From contig CM035352.1 of the NCBI GenBank assembly GCA_020137815.1, positions 7,502,001 to 7,566,000 of the forward strand: a DNA stretch of 64,000 bases. The letters run 5' to 3'. Under the pieces are notes generated by a model that had not been told where the DNA came from, made no database searches, and saw nothing but the letters and a program-made list of their open reading frames with translations. The DNA is from Hormiphora californensis (Eukaryota > Animalia > Ctenophora). This document shows positions 1-21,477 of the stretch, piece after piece; the first letter of the stretch is position 1, and each line of letters opens with the position of its first letter. The translations under genes and the position numbers were made by a program.

Positions 1-53
1 CCGAATTAACAACCCGAAACCATGCAGGTGCACCCCTAATTACACATTTTTCA

Positions 54-231
54 GGTTGTGAGGGGTATATCGTGCTCAACTCTCTACAACAACAGGGCCC
101 GTGGACCGCTACATCGGGGGACACAGTGAATGTAGTGTGTGAGATATACTACACAGTGTCAGCTGGTGATACAGAGAGAACGTGTCAAGATGGGACATGG
201 TCTGGTGTTGCACCAACATGCACTGAGTTTA
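54..231 (+). CDS. Internal exon encoding a sushi/CCP domain (gene begins upstream of the window)
   Basis: tttcag acceptor ending at 53 and gtaagt donor at 232. Translation GCEG..VNVVCEIYY..RTCQDGTWSGVAPTC has the 4-Cys/Trp CCP pattern. A possible terminal exon at 452-459 ends in TGA. Confidence 0.75.
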
Positions 232-984
232 GTAAGTACTACCCTGACGACTGACTACGTATCAGTAAGTACCACCCATACTGGTTTGTTAGTTATTCAA
301 CATGTATACTGGTAGCTGGTGGTGTCATGGGGTTCTCGTGTTCTTGTTGTCTGTACAAATGTTTGCAGGAACATTTGTGAATTGTGGGTGATTGTATGTC
401 GTGACACACAGAGACTAAACAACAGACCAACAGACACTAACATTTCTCTAGCATACTGATATTTGCTGCTGTTTAGCTGTATTTCCTTTTTGCTGAGATA
501 TGACAGAATGATATATAATGGCCGGGAGAAGGACTAGAGGGTTGGTCGAACAAGACGATGAACTTGATGCTAGGATCTTATCTTCAACAATTTCAATCTT
601 CCTAAAGGTGAGTGTGTGTATGTGATCTAGATAGACGGCATGTTTAGTAGGTCATTGCTCTTGCTGATCAAGTGCGTGGGAGTCACACATCAATACCATG
701 GAAAATGAGACACACAATCACATCACAGCTGTCTTGGTTTTCTGAAAACCCTGCTTTTTCTTATCTGAAATAGAGCTGGAGTTTCAAGTTGCAATTCCAA
801 CACACAATACACAGCTGTGTGTTGTTGCTCAACAAGCTGTAGCTGTGTGTTGCTCAATGGACTTGGTAGTACACATGCAGCCTCCCAGGCCATTTTGACT
901 TTAGCTAAATGTGATCTTTCTGTGAATTCAATAATCTGCTTTCAATTCCTTTGGTATACCAGGTTGTTGAGTGGGTGGTGTTCC

Positions 985-1066
985 TGGTACCATGGTAACC
1001 ATGGTAACCAATAACTATGGTAACCATGGTAACTATGGTAACCATGGTAACCAACATGGTACCAGG
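985..1066. repeat. (ccatggtaa)n palindromic minisatellite
   Basis: Tandem ggtaaccat units. The same motif recurs near 9030-9090, 39220-39260, 45310-45400 and 58450. Confidence 0.8.
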
Positions 1067-1113
1067 TACACCACCCAATACTAATACACCCCTCCTGATC
1101 CCCCTAGTTAGCC

Positions 1114-4100
1114 ATGTTGAGTGAGAGGATGAAGAGGAAGATGGAGGGTGAACCTAGTCTCCTGTTCAAAGGATTCATAGCCTCCAAGAATAATCCCTAC
1201 AACGCAGATACCAACCCAACCGGGATCATAAATCTTGGTAAATGATAGTGTCCTTGTTGTTTGAACTAATTGAGATACTCTCCCGATACTCTCCAACCTT
1301 GTTCGACCATCCCTCCCCGCGCCCCGTTTGAACAAAACAAATACTCTCCAAGTCCAATTATAAATCCCATATTGCCCCCCCCCCCCCATATAACTAGTGT
1401 CATGTAGAACCCTTCCTTCTTGCAGGAACTTCGGAGAACCTGATTTGCAGTGACCTAGTTATACCGAAGATGGAATCGCTAGCTAAGTTCTCTCCCCAGG
1501 ATATGACATACTTCCCAAGGGGAGGGGTTACCGGCTTTCGAGAGGAACTTGCCAGGTAATGATATGTTCCCAGTCTGTCGGCTCTTACACACATGGCAAG
1601 TAATGACATCTTTATCTCTCTTCGCACGGGACTGGGCCGGTCAGACAGGGCCTTGGTACTTTACCCCTACCTTGCGTGACTTTCTATCGCGATGCCTTAG
1701 TTAGAGGTTTAGGGCCCCCTCCCTTAGGGGTCTCTTTCTCGAAATTTAACTGTTTTCGACGAGATTTTTCGCGGACTCCCTTGCCCTCCTCCCTTGGCCC
1801 TTGTGTGAACCAAGCAAGATGTGAGCATATCTATCATCAAGAATATCGGTATCACCAAGCATAATGCTTGTTAGCTTTTATTTGTCGACTTAGTTCAGCA
1901 ATCCATAAGTTAATCGTAGCATAATTGTTCGTCTGTCCTGTCCTATCTTTACCAAAAATACTCTGTTCAGTTTAGAACCACATTTGACCATGTCGAGTGA
2001 GCGGATGAGCTCTCTCATGAAAGAGAAACAATGCCTATTGTTTAAAGGTCACATGACCACTAAAAACAATCCCTACAACTCGGAGACAAATCCTGCCGGC
2101 ATTATCAATTTAGGTGCTAACGGTTCTTCATTTTTTATGCAAGAAAATCTCAGCAACTCTCTGTGCATCACAATCTAAACTCCTATTCACCTATGCTCCA
2201 AAAAGCACCAGCCGCTCCAACCAACCAACCAACCAACCTATGCTATTGTACAGGCACCTCGGAAAACAGGATTTGTAGCGATCTGGTCATCCCTAAGATT
2301 AACTCCCTTGCTAACTTTATACCCGAGGATCTTCACTACTTTCCCCATCGCAGCAGCAGAGGGGTCCCTGGATTTAGACAGCAATTAGCAAAGTAATCAA
2401 GGAATTAATCAAGGAATTAGTAAAATAATCAAGGATTTAAACAAGGAATTAGTAAAATAATCAAGCGTAAATATCTGTCCACAGTTATTTACACTATACT
2501 TTCTAACCTAAACAATAATGCTAAATCTCTCTGTGCAGGTTTTTGACGCACCGGGCAAAATCAGACATCACCCTGAACCATGAGCATATCAGTATCACCA
2601 ATGGGCTCAGTTCTGCTTTCTGCTTCCTATCTTTTTTCGTCGGTAGGTTCCCCCCCTCCCCCTCACCTCCCCCTCCGTAGGTTTCAACTCTTCTCTCTTA
2701 CTAGGTCTATTAGCAGTCCATTAGCAGTTATAACAGCAGCTCACCAATAAACTAACCTAACTAACCTACACAGGTGAGGAAGGTGACCAGTATCTGATCG
2801 GTGCCCCCTACTACGGTATGACACAGCAGTACATGGGATCCTATGGGGGTCTATCCCCAATAGAGCTCCCTGATGGAGGTTCAATTGAGAGTATGAAGTC
2901 TGCCCTCACAACCCCGGGACATTCCATCAAGGCTATAGTGTTACTAAACCCACAGAACCCAACTGGTGAAGTGTACAGCAAGGAATATGTTCTTGAGGTG
3001 ATGGAGCTTGCAAAGGAGCACTCTCTGCATGTTATTATCGATGAGATCTACTTCCTTAGTATTTTCGAGGTAGGGGGAACTATTTAGAAATATTTAGGGA
3101 TTTTTAGGAGGATACTTAGGATTTTAATATACTAGAATAGTAGTCAATGACATGCGAACCTTGTTTCTCTAAACTGAGAAAGATTTGAAACTCTAACTTT
3201 TTAGGGTGAGACATTTGAGAGCTGTCTCTCTTACACCCAGGAGTGGCCAGATCCAGCCCGAACCCATTTTATCTGGAGCTTTTCTAAGGATTTCTCAATG
3301 TCAGGTACACTTACTTTGGTTGATGTCTCTTTCTCTCTCCCTCTCCGTCTCCCAATCTCTCCTACAATCCTATCCGTTTAGGTGCACGATGTGGCCTGAT
3401 CTACAGTCAATCTGAAGTGCTTCACAATGCTTACAACGACAAAATGGCATTCTACCACTTTGGTAAGTTTCATTTCCGGTTTTGAACCACTTTCTTATAA
3501 ACACTTCTGTCTGGCTATGGCGCCCAGATTTGCCTTGCTGGACCATGTTTCACCTCTCAGAAATGACATATCACCCTCTCTGTACAACTTCCCATACTCT
3601 ATCTCCCCTCCCCTCCATCTCCACCCTATCTCCCCTCTCTTGCAGTACCTGCCCTAGTGCAGCGAATGTTGTGCAGACTGATCCAGGACACAGCCTGGTT
3701 GGTAATGAAATTCCCCCTCTGCGCTAGCTCACGGAGGGGTAATAATATCGCTTGTACGGCGGGAAAAAAATTCCTGTGTCCAAACTACAAAACAGAAAGT
3801 TCTAATTTTTTGAACATACCGAGGAAATTGTCTGAGCTACCATTACATACCGGAATTTTTCGATATTTTGGCCATTAACACTGTTTTTGTTTTTTGAAAA
3901 CTATGAAGATGCTGGAATTTGGCTACAAAAACCTTCAGAAATGTGCAAAATGCCATTCCAAAGGTATTAGAGGTGGATTCATTGATAACTAAGCTATAGT
4001 CGAGTCAGAAAAAATTCCACAAGATTGGAATTTTATGCGGGGGGGTGCCGGCCAATAATTAATGAGGATGAGGTCTTGTCCAGCGTTTTTCGAATTAATG

Positions 4101-5596
4101 AGGGCCCTCAAAAATCCTCAAAAACCTCAAAAATCCTCAATAATCCTCAACAATTATTTTATAGTTTTTACAAAAATTTTGACGATTACGCATACTATTG
4201 GGCATGCACATTCCTTAATAGGAGTAAAACAGTTTTCCCAGATACCCTGGTGATGGTCCTAAAAACATCCTCAGAAGTCCTCAAAATGAGGAGAAATCGT
4301 CAATATAAATATGGGGTAAATTTGTGCTGCCTGTGCTGCCTCCACTCTGACGCGTGAGGCCCGGGTTCGATTCCCGACCGGGCCCGGGTGGGGACACTTT
4401 TTTTAAAACTTTATAAATTATTTCTAAAAATTTTCTAGACATTTATCTTACTAGGCAGCAAAATCGTTGATTTTTGTGACAAAGTTGGCAGCATATTTGA
4501 CTGAAACTCGTATTCGGTATTTATCTAAAATTTTGAAAATCTGGGCACCGGGGTCTTGTCAAGCATGTGAAGTTGATAACTTTGCTAAAAGAAAGCAGTG
4601 CTTCAAGTGTGGGAAGCCAAAGAGCACAGGCAAGAGCACTTGAATTGATAATCAGTGCATTTTATACCTCTAAAATATAATCTATTATTGTTTTTTATCA
4701 GGCATTTGTTGTGTTTATGTTTAAATAAAACGAAAAGTTTTTGAGGATTTTTGAGGATTTTTGAGGGCTTGTCCAGCAAATAATAAATGAGGATTTTTGA
4801 GGTGACCTCAAAAATCCTCATAAATTCCGGCCGGAACCCCCCCTTTTATGCCCATATAAGGAGTTATGCGACACACCTCTGTTGTTAAACATGTGGTGTA
4901 ATCGCTACCGGTCGTTACTTTCTGTAGAATTCAGGTCCTGGTTACTATACAAACTAGTACCATACGTTTTAGATAGGTTTTAGACAAGTTTTCGATAACT
5001 TTTTATGAGAAGGTCCCGTAAATTTTCATTTTTAGGTAGGCGGTATTGTCACCCCTATATGCAATAATAGGGGTGACTTCGTAACCAAACAGCCTGGGTG
5101 GATGGCTATCTAACAGAGAGTAGATCCAGGTTGAGGGATCACCTGGAAATTGTAACTGGTACACTGGACAGGATTGGATTAAAATACAGCCCTCCCAAAG
5201 GTATCCGTATAGTATTTAGGTTGTTGTTGTCTTGCTCGACCCTGTCTCTCAGTCGCCGGGTTGTTGTCGTGATATACTGCCCGCTTACCATATCAATCAC
5301 TGATTTAGCTAACACAATCTCTTTCAGGCACGCTCTACGTTTGGGCAGATTTCTCTCCTTTATTTCCTCATCCGGACCACCCTACACCTGATCATGCTAA
5401 CTCCATTTTCTACGGCCTGATAGACGAGGGTGTTTATATTCCCTCTTCCGGGGGCTTCAATGGACCCGACCCACAGTACTTTAGGATTGTATTCGCTGTG
5501 CCGAAACAAGAACTACTCGTAGCCATGGACAGATTGGTAAAATTTGCAGAGAGGCAGCGGGGTTCCTCCGGTTCTGTGATGAACAATCCTCAATGA
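1114..5596 (+). CDS. ACCS: ACC-synthase-like class I/II PLP aminotransferase, multi-exon, with two alternative 5' exon pairs and a TE inside one coding exon
   Basis: Exons 1114-1237 + 1426-1555 or 1990-2113 + 2254-2392, then 2539-2642, 2774-3069, 3205-3304, 3382-3462, 3646-3698/5098-5200, 5328-5596. Motifs NPY..TNP.GIINLGTSEN, LLNPQNPTG, IIDEIY, SFSKDF (PLP Lys at 3286-3288), FRIVFA. Confidence 0.88.
4039..4843. mobile_element. Nested non-autonomous DNA transposon with 8-bp TSD
   Basis: TSD ttttatgc at 4031-4038 and 4844-4851. TIR ggggggg-t(g/t)-ccggcc. Subterminal aatcctcaaaa repeats. The empty site is visible in the 23634-24210 copy. Confidence 0.92.
4351..4379 (+). other. tRNA-like 3' fragment (variable loop, T-arm/B-box)
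   Basis: cgcgtgaggcccgggttcgattcccgacc closely resembles the 3' half of eukaryotic tRNA-Gly. No 5' half or D-arm is seen. Confidence 0.5.
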
Positions 5597-6041
5597 AACA
5601 ATATGAGGGGGTTGCTGTTCTCTTTATGAACAAATAAAATTTGAAATCTGTGAAAATGAGTGTAAAATGTATGTGTATGTACAGTAAAAGTTGCCAGGTT
5701 AGACTGTTTATTTTATAAAATAAAATAAAAGAGTTTGTACAAAACAACAGTAAAAGATTGTTGTATTGTTGGATAACTATACGTAAAGCAAGGTATTTAT
5801 GAAGTACATAATTTAGATATTCCGGGGCTATGATTTTGAGTGCTTTTTGTTACTGTTGGTATTTTCTATTTTGCAAACAGCCCTATTTTTCATAAACTTC
5901 ATCGTTTTCTTTTGGCTTGCTCCACCCTGTCTCACAGTAAAAGCAAGTGCGCGTTATTTATTTGCGCGGTTTTACTGCGCGGCGCGATATTTATTTTGAA
6001 AATCGCGCCGTGTTTAAAAAAAATTGAAACACGCCAATTTA

Positions 6042-6313
6042 TAGTCGAATTTTTTAATCAAGGGACAGGGGCCGCGCATTTACAAAAGTCTTTTTGCGCG
6101 TGCTAAACGTTTTCGCTCATATCTCCTGTTCCTGATAAGATAAAGACTTGATCTTGGTTGCGTTGAAAAGGTCTTAAAATTATCTTTCCAACGCTGTCGA
6201 GTTAAAGTCTTAAGATTGCCAGGAACTTGATATCGATTATCACGCGCAAATACAACGCCGCGCGACCTCTCTGAATGCGCGGCCCCCTGTCCCTTGATTA
6301 AAAAATTCGACTT
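6042..6313. mobile_element. TA-flanked MITE
   Basis: Long TIR tagtcgaattttttaatcaagggacagggg / ccccctgtcccttgattaaaaaattcgactt, with TA on both sides. Ends resemble those of the 151-bp MITEs at 17782 and 46843. Confidence 0.8.
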
Positions 6314-6333
6314 TAAATTTTCCGACTTTTGAG

Positions 6334-6504
6334 TTGGAATGCGCTGCAGCCTTGGCATACGTTGCAGGCCCCTCGTTGCGGGGGTGCGCGCATGAGGGGG
6401 CTGCAGCGCATTCCAAGCTGCAGCCCCCTCATGCGCGCACCCCCGCAATTATTATTATTATAATATATAATATTATATTATAAGGGGCCTGCAACGTATG
6501 CCAA
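6334..6504. mobile_element. TTGG...CCAA family element containing a second 65-bp family member (6352-6416)
   Basis: Outer TSD acttttgag at 6325-6333 and 6505-6513. Inner TSD gctgcagcc at 6343-6351 and 6417-6425. Confidence 0.88.
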
Positions 6505-6733
6505 ACTTTTGAGTTTTGTTTTTGAGTTTTGTAATTTGTTTTCGAGTTTTGGGCTATTAATTGCACTGTTTACGCTAGACGAAGGTCGTGTGCTGTCGAA
6601 ACCCACTAAGTTTCACTGATCCTAGGTTCAGCATCACAAGTTTCGTTTTAACGCTAGTTTTATTCACCCTCCCAGGTTCATGGTCCGAAGAAAGAGCACG
6701 GCCCTGCAGCTCCACCGACTGTAGCGGGATGCA

Positions 6734-9022
6734 ATGAACAATGGGAAGCACGTCCAACCCATGCACACCGTCCTCAGTACCGTTACCGGGGTAATAGTGT
6801 ACGATAATCGACAGCAGGAATCAGGGAGTGGACAACTCGGTACACTTTGTCTGTGCCAGTATGGAATTTTCTTTTGTTTATCCTCCAAAGACACTCAGTG
6901 CCATCACCAGGGTAGTGACACTATGATTTTCATTCCAATAAAAAAGATCAAAAACCTACTGCTAAACTGTGATGGTCGGTTGTCAGACTTTTATGATTAC
7001 AGCACGTTTGAAGATGTCAATCCTGAGCGGTTAATTCTCACTGTCTACGGGAAGGACTTTTCAATAACGGAGTTCCACTTTCCTCGAAAAGATGAACAAG
7101 TTGATAGTTTTCTGATGGCCATTAGAGAAAATGTGTTCGGTCGACCTATCGTACTGCTGACTCAAAACGGCGAGAGTTGTCAGTTGGAGTCGACACAGCA
7201 ATCATCAGGAATTCTTAGTTTTCTGGACAAGGTCTCTTGGGAAGTAGAGCTGTCTCGGTTAAAAGTTAACGAGGAACGAAACAGGTGGAAGGTTGCTCAG
7301 GTAGCTAATTGTCGAGTGAAGGAATCCTATGCAAAATTTATGGTGATACAACATTCCAAATCACCGGGTGATATTGACAGACTGGGTCAGGAACACACCA
7401 ACCAAAAGTTCATGACATGGTCCTGGACTGACCCCGTTACCATGGTTCCCTTGTTGCGATGCAGTGAACCCAAGATTCACCTTGATAAAAAGTACCTGAA
7501 TCTTGTTCTCAACACAATTAGTGATGGAAATGCAAAAACACGGGCTGTAACCAGTCAGGCAACGCTACGTGACAGCTGTCCTGATGAAAATGAGATTAGT
7601 TTGAGTTACGAAAAGTTTTGGAACACCTGCATGACCAAGGATTCGGACAACTTTTACCGCAGTTTAGAATCCAGCAAGTGGCTCCACTGGGTACAGACCT
7701 TTATCCGGGCATCCAGACACACCGCCCGCCGGCTGGTAGTTGAGAAACAACCCGTGGTGGTGATGGATCCCACTGGTCGAGATGTGAGCTGTGTGGTGGT
7801 GTCTCTAGTTCAAATCCTGGTGGACAAGTACTACAGGACATCGGTTGGTTTTGCGAATCTGATAAACAAGGAATGGATAGCTGCTGGGTACCCTTTCCGC
7901 AGAAACCTCATCTCAATTAATGGCAAAGATTCCCGATTTCTTCCAACGTTTTTCCTCTTTTTGGACTGTGTTCAGACCATTATTGCCCAATATCCCGCTG
8001 AGTTTGAGTTCACTGACCTGTATCTAACTATGATACTGGATGAGATTTACGAGGGTGACTCAGAGGCATTCATGTTCAACTGTCCCCGAGAATACGAGAT
8101 AGCATGCAAGGGATCAGAGATTCGAGCGGTTGAGTCCTTCTGGGTGAAACTCTTGGAGTCCAAATCTAAATTCCGGAACCCCCTCTACGATTTCAAGGAC
8201 AAGGTACTGTGTCTTGATTCCAGGATAAAAGATGAGCCAGAGGCAGATGATATCCGATACAGAACGGAGAGTTACAGCATGGCCGTTATTAGGGGTATCA
8301 ACGATCAGGGGGTTGAGGATGCACTACCAAAACGACGCATTTCACTCGGCAAAATCCCCCGGAATTTCAAGAAGATGAACCCCTTTCAACGTAGAAAACG
8401 GAAAAAGAAGGGAGAAAAATCCTCGAAAGCGGAACAGAGAACATCATCATTTTACGTGAACGAATTTCCGAGGGAACGCTTGAAAGCCCTTAAAAATATC
8501 TTCAAATCCTCGGAAGATCCCATCAACGTTAGCTACGCCCTGCTTGATATTGTCCCTTGGGACAGATACATCTTTAGACACCAACCCGGGCTACTGGGGG
8601 AGAGGCTGGAGGGGGAGGAGCGGTTAGCTGAGTTTGCTGCAGAGTTTAGTACCTCCTGTGCAGAGTTCATCTACCTTCCAGAGGAGACCCATGATGATAT
8701 CCTGGCTGCCCAGATTCTGGAGGAGGACGAGGAGGGTGGTGAGTTGAGGAGGAGTGCCAGCCAGAACACACTGGCCAGCGAGGCTGAGAGGAGTGTCCAT
8801 GTCTCTGAGATAGATTTGTTTCATGACAACGGGGATTACGAGAGTATGGAAGAGTTATCAATGAATGGATTAGATAATTCTCTGGAGGGGTCACTAGTCA
8901 GGCAGGGCAGTGAGAAGAGGTTATCTCATGTCCAGGAGGAACCGGAAATGAGCAACCGGAAATCACCCCAAACAGTCGTTCTGGAGATTGAAGAGGCGAC
9001 CAATGATATTCATGATGTGTAA
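6734..9022 (+). CDS. MTMR10: Myotubularin-related pseudophosphatase (MTMR10/11/12 type), single coding exon
   Basis: 762-aa ORF with a PH-GRAM-like N-terminus, LESSKWLHWV, ILVDKYYRT..GF..LINKEWI..GYPF and FLDCV..QYPAEFEFT. The catalytic HCSDGWDR is replaced by MDPTGRDVSC. Confidence 0.85.
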   Translation: MNNGKHVQPMHTVLSTVTGVIVYDNRQQESGSGQLGTLCLCQYGIFFCLSSKDTQCHHQGSDTMIFIPIKKIKNLLLNCDGRLSDFYDYSTFEDVNPERLILTVYGKDFSITEFHFPRKDEQVDSFLMAIRENVFGRPIVLLTQNGESCQLESTQQSSGILSFLDKVSWEVELSRLKVNEERNRWKVAQVANCRVKESYAKFMVIQHSKSPGDIDRLGQEHTNQKFMTWSWTDPVTMVPLLRCSEPKIHLDKKYLNLVLNTISDGNAKTRAVTSQATLRDSCPDENEISLSYEKFWNTCMTKDSDNFYRSLESSKWLHWVQTFIRASRHTARRLVVEKQPVVVMDPTGRDVSCVVVSLVQILVDKYYRTSVGFANLINKEWIAAGYPFRRNLISINGKDSRFLPTFFLFLDCVQTIIAQYPAEFEFTDLYLTMILDEIYEGDSEAFMFNCPREYEIACKGSEIRAVESFWVKLLESKSKFRNPLYDFKDKVLCLDSRIKDEPEADDIRYRTESYSMAVIRGINDQGVEDALPKRRISLGKIPRNFKKMNPFQRRKRKKKGEKSSKAEQRTSSFYVNEFPRERLKALKNIFKSSEDPINVSYALLDIVPWDRYIFRHQPGLLGERLEGEERLAEFAAEFSTSCAEFIYLPEETHDDILAAQILEEDEEGGELRRSASQNTLASEAERSVHVSEIDLFHDNGDYESMEELSMNGLDNSLEGSLVRQGSEKRLSHVQEEPEMSNRKSPQTVVLEIEEATNDIHDV

Positions 9023-9494
9023 CCTTGTAGTTACCATTTAGTTACCATGGTAACCATGTTGTAACCATGTAGTTACCATGGTAACCATATGGTCTATTGA
9101 TTACAGGGACAAGTCTAGGTTGGTTGGTGTGTTGTATTTGCTACCCTATAATACCCCTAATTCCAGACTCTTTTATAATAACCATGCAGTTTTTAGTGGT
9201 TTGTTTCATGTGTTAATTATGTGTGTTATGGGCTAATCAGGGCAGGCCGGAAAAAACTTTCGTGAACAAGGAGACGATTTATCGTTTTTTTTGTAGGTTC
9301 TAAACAGTACACGTTTCAAGCGAAAGTGAAGAGTTTTGGACCAGGTCTTAGATAACAACCAAAGCTTTTGGTTATTATCTAAGACCTGGGATTATCTTAG
9401 CGTAAAACAGGGGTAAGAATCGGGTATTTTTGATTTGTTATCATGAAAGAATTGGAAACAGTAGGGGACTAAAAAAGATTCCGGACTGGGTATA

Positions 9495-10120
9495 AAAAGG
9501 GGGGAGTAGTGGGGAAACTGGATAAAATGGGGCGTAGTGGGGGAACTGGATAAAATAGGGGAGAGTAGTGGGGAAACTGGATAAAATGGGGGAGTAGTGG
9601 GGAAACTGGATAAAAAAGGGGAAGTAGTGGGGAAACTGGATAAAAAGGGGGAGTAGTGAGGAAACTGGATAAAAAGGGGGAATAGTGGGGAAACTGGATA
9701 AAAAGGGGGAGTAATGGGGAAACTGGATAAAAAGGGGGAGTAGTGGGAAACTGGATAAAATGTGGGAGTAGTGGGGAAACTGGATATAAAAAGGGGAAGT
9801 AGTGGGGAAACTGGATAAAAAGGGGGAGTAGTGGGGAAACTGGATATAAAGGGGGCGTAGTGGGAAACTGGATATAAAATAGGGGAAGTAGTGGGGAAAC
9901 TGGATATAAAATAGGGGAGTAGTGGGGAAACTGGATAAAAAGGGGAGTAGTGGGGAAACTGGATAAAAAGGGGGAGTAGCGGGGAAACTGGATAAAAAGG
10001 GGGAATAGTGGGGAAACTGGATAAAAAGGGGGAGTAGTGGGGAAACTGGATAAAAATGGGGCGTAGTGGGGAAACTGGATAAAAAGGGGGGCGTAGTGGG
10101 GAAACTGGATAAAATGGTGG
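9495..10120. repeat. About 29-31 bp G-rich minisatellite, roughly 21 copies
   Basis: Tandem ggggagtagtggggaaactggataaaa with homopolymer length variation. Confidence 0.95.
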
Positions 10121-10553
10121 AAGTAGCTGAGTGATTGATTATGTTTTTGAAATCTCTGTCAAATTTTGTGTAAATATATTGTGGCTTTGGTTCGTGTGTC
10201 TGTGTGTTTCAATAGAAATTGTGATTGTAAAAATACTGCGTGTTTTTCTATCCTACATTATTATACCACCACTCCCCTCTCTCTATCTCTTTCTCTATCT
10301 CTCCCTCGCTCTCTCTATCTATCTATCTATATCCCTCACACCCCCGCCCACGAGCCCATCCCTGATAACTACTGGTTTCCAGTTTCTTGACCCAATTATA
10401 TTCCTACCAACCAGTGCTTTATTTTACCGTTTGTGTTGTCTCCAAATCTCTGCACTTGACTAATCCCTGATTTATCAGTTAACTTCTTTCTGATTAGTGA
10501 TTCCTGTCCAGTGCCCCTCTCTCCATCTCCCTCTCTCTACAGTCTACATCTAG

Positions 10554-10588
<35 letters not shown>

Positions 10589-10637
10589 CACTCTGTTACC
10601 CTCCCTCCTCTATCCTCTCTCTCTCTCTCTGTAGGAC

Positions 10638-14399
<3,762 letters not shown>

Positions 14400-15022
14400 A
14401 GAATGAGAGAGACAGTTTTTATAATTTATGATAATTTTATCTACCCCAGCACGACAAGTATGTTATCTCACGAGTCTCCATCTGATAATATAATTCTATA
14501 ATTCATGTTGCCAACTATATTCTTATTATTTGTATCTGAAATTCTGTACTACGGTTTATGATGACTGTCGAGCGGATATAAATCTGAATTCTGAAAACAG
14601 TGTGTGTGACAAGAACTGTAGTAGTGTAAACACTTGCCGCTTTGTAGTCAGCTTCACATCGTGTTCCATATAGGTCAAGCTAGTCTTGTTAACAAGTCTG
14701 TTTTGGTTTCACACGAAGAGTGTTATTCAGTTTTGTTTCTTGCCTCTCTCTCATCCCCCTTTTACCCCTGCAGCCACCTGAACGGTTAACCCTACATACC
14801 TGTTTAGACCATGACGTGTAGTAATGACCCCCACCCACCCACCCACCCACCCCCTCCTAACCCTTTCTACCTATCTTTAGAGCATGTGTAATGACTGACA
14901 CCCTGGTTGCATCCAGTAACACCACACCCCCGCCCCCCTAATACCCCCTACTGACACCCTAGTTGACCCCCCTCCCCACCCGCCCCTCCTAACCCTCTCT
15001 CTCTGTTATTAGAGCATGTGTA

Positions 15023-21148
<6,126 letters not shown>

Positions 21149-21428
21149 AGGAAATCAAAGGATCATCCCGTCAGAGCTCATTGGCCTGACAATGACAGAG
21201 CGAATCTGAAGAAAGAGTTTATCACAAGAGATCTTTTGTTTATCGTTTAAAATAATTAATATCCTTTGATGCATGGTTTCTATATATGTGTGAGACAGCC
21301 ATTTAAACTGAACAAACTTTTATAGATGAGAGAGAGAAGAGATTATGTACGTTTAAATGGAACATGTAATATACAATGGTGTTAACCCGCTCAAATCTAC
21401 CGTCTTTCAGTTAGTGCACATCTCTGAT

Positions 21429-21477
21429 CACCCAGCGGGCCCAACTCACATAATATGTGAGTTGGGCCCGCTGGGTG
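21429..21477. repeat. Perfect 49-bp hairpin (23-bp arms, 3-nt loop)
   Basis: cacccagcgggcccaactcacat-aat-atgtgagttgggcccgctgggtg. Confidence 0.9.

Larger units (their letters stand above)
3699..5088 (+). mobile_element. Non-autonomous TIR element of the TTGG...CCAA family (577 bp plus nested insert) within ACCS coding sequence
   Basis: 9-bp TSD acagcctgg at 3690-3698 and 5089-5097. Imperfect TIRs ttggtaatgaaattccccct / aggggtgacttcgtaaccaa. Near-identical uninterrupted copy at 23634-24210. Confidence 0.93.

Noticed and set aside
4330-4390. Complete tRNA gene
   Set aside because: Only the T-arm region matches. No acceptor stem, D-arm or A-box is seen.
3699-5097. Clean introner-type intron gain in ACCS
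   Set aside because: The donor/acceptor pairs at the element ends that I tried give a frameshift or an in-frame stop.
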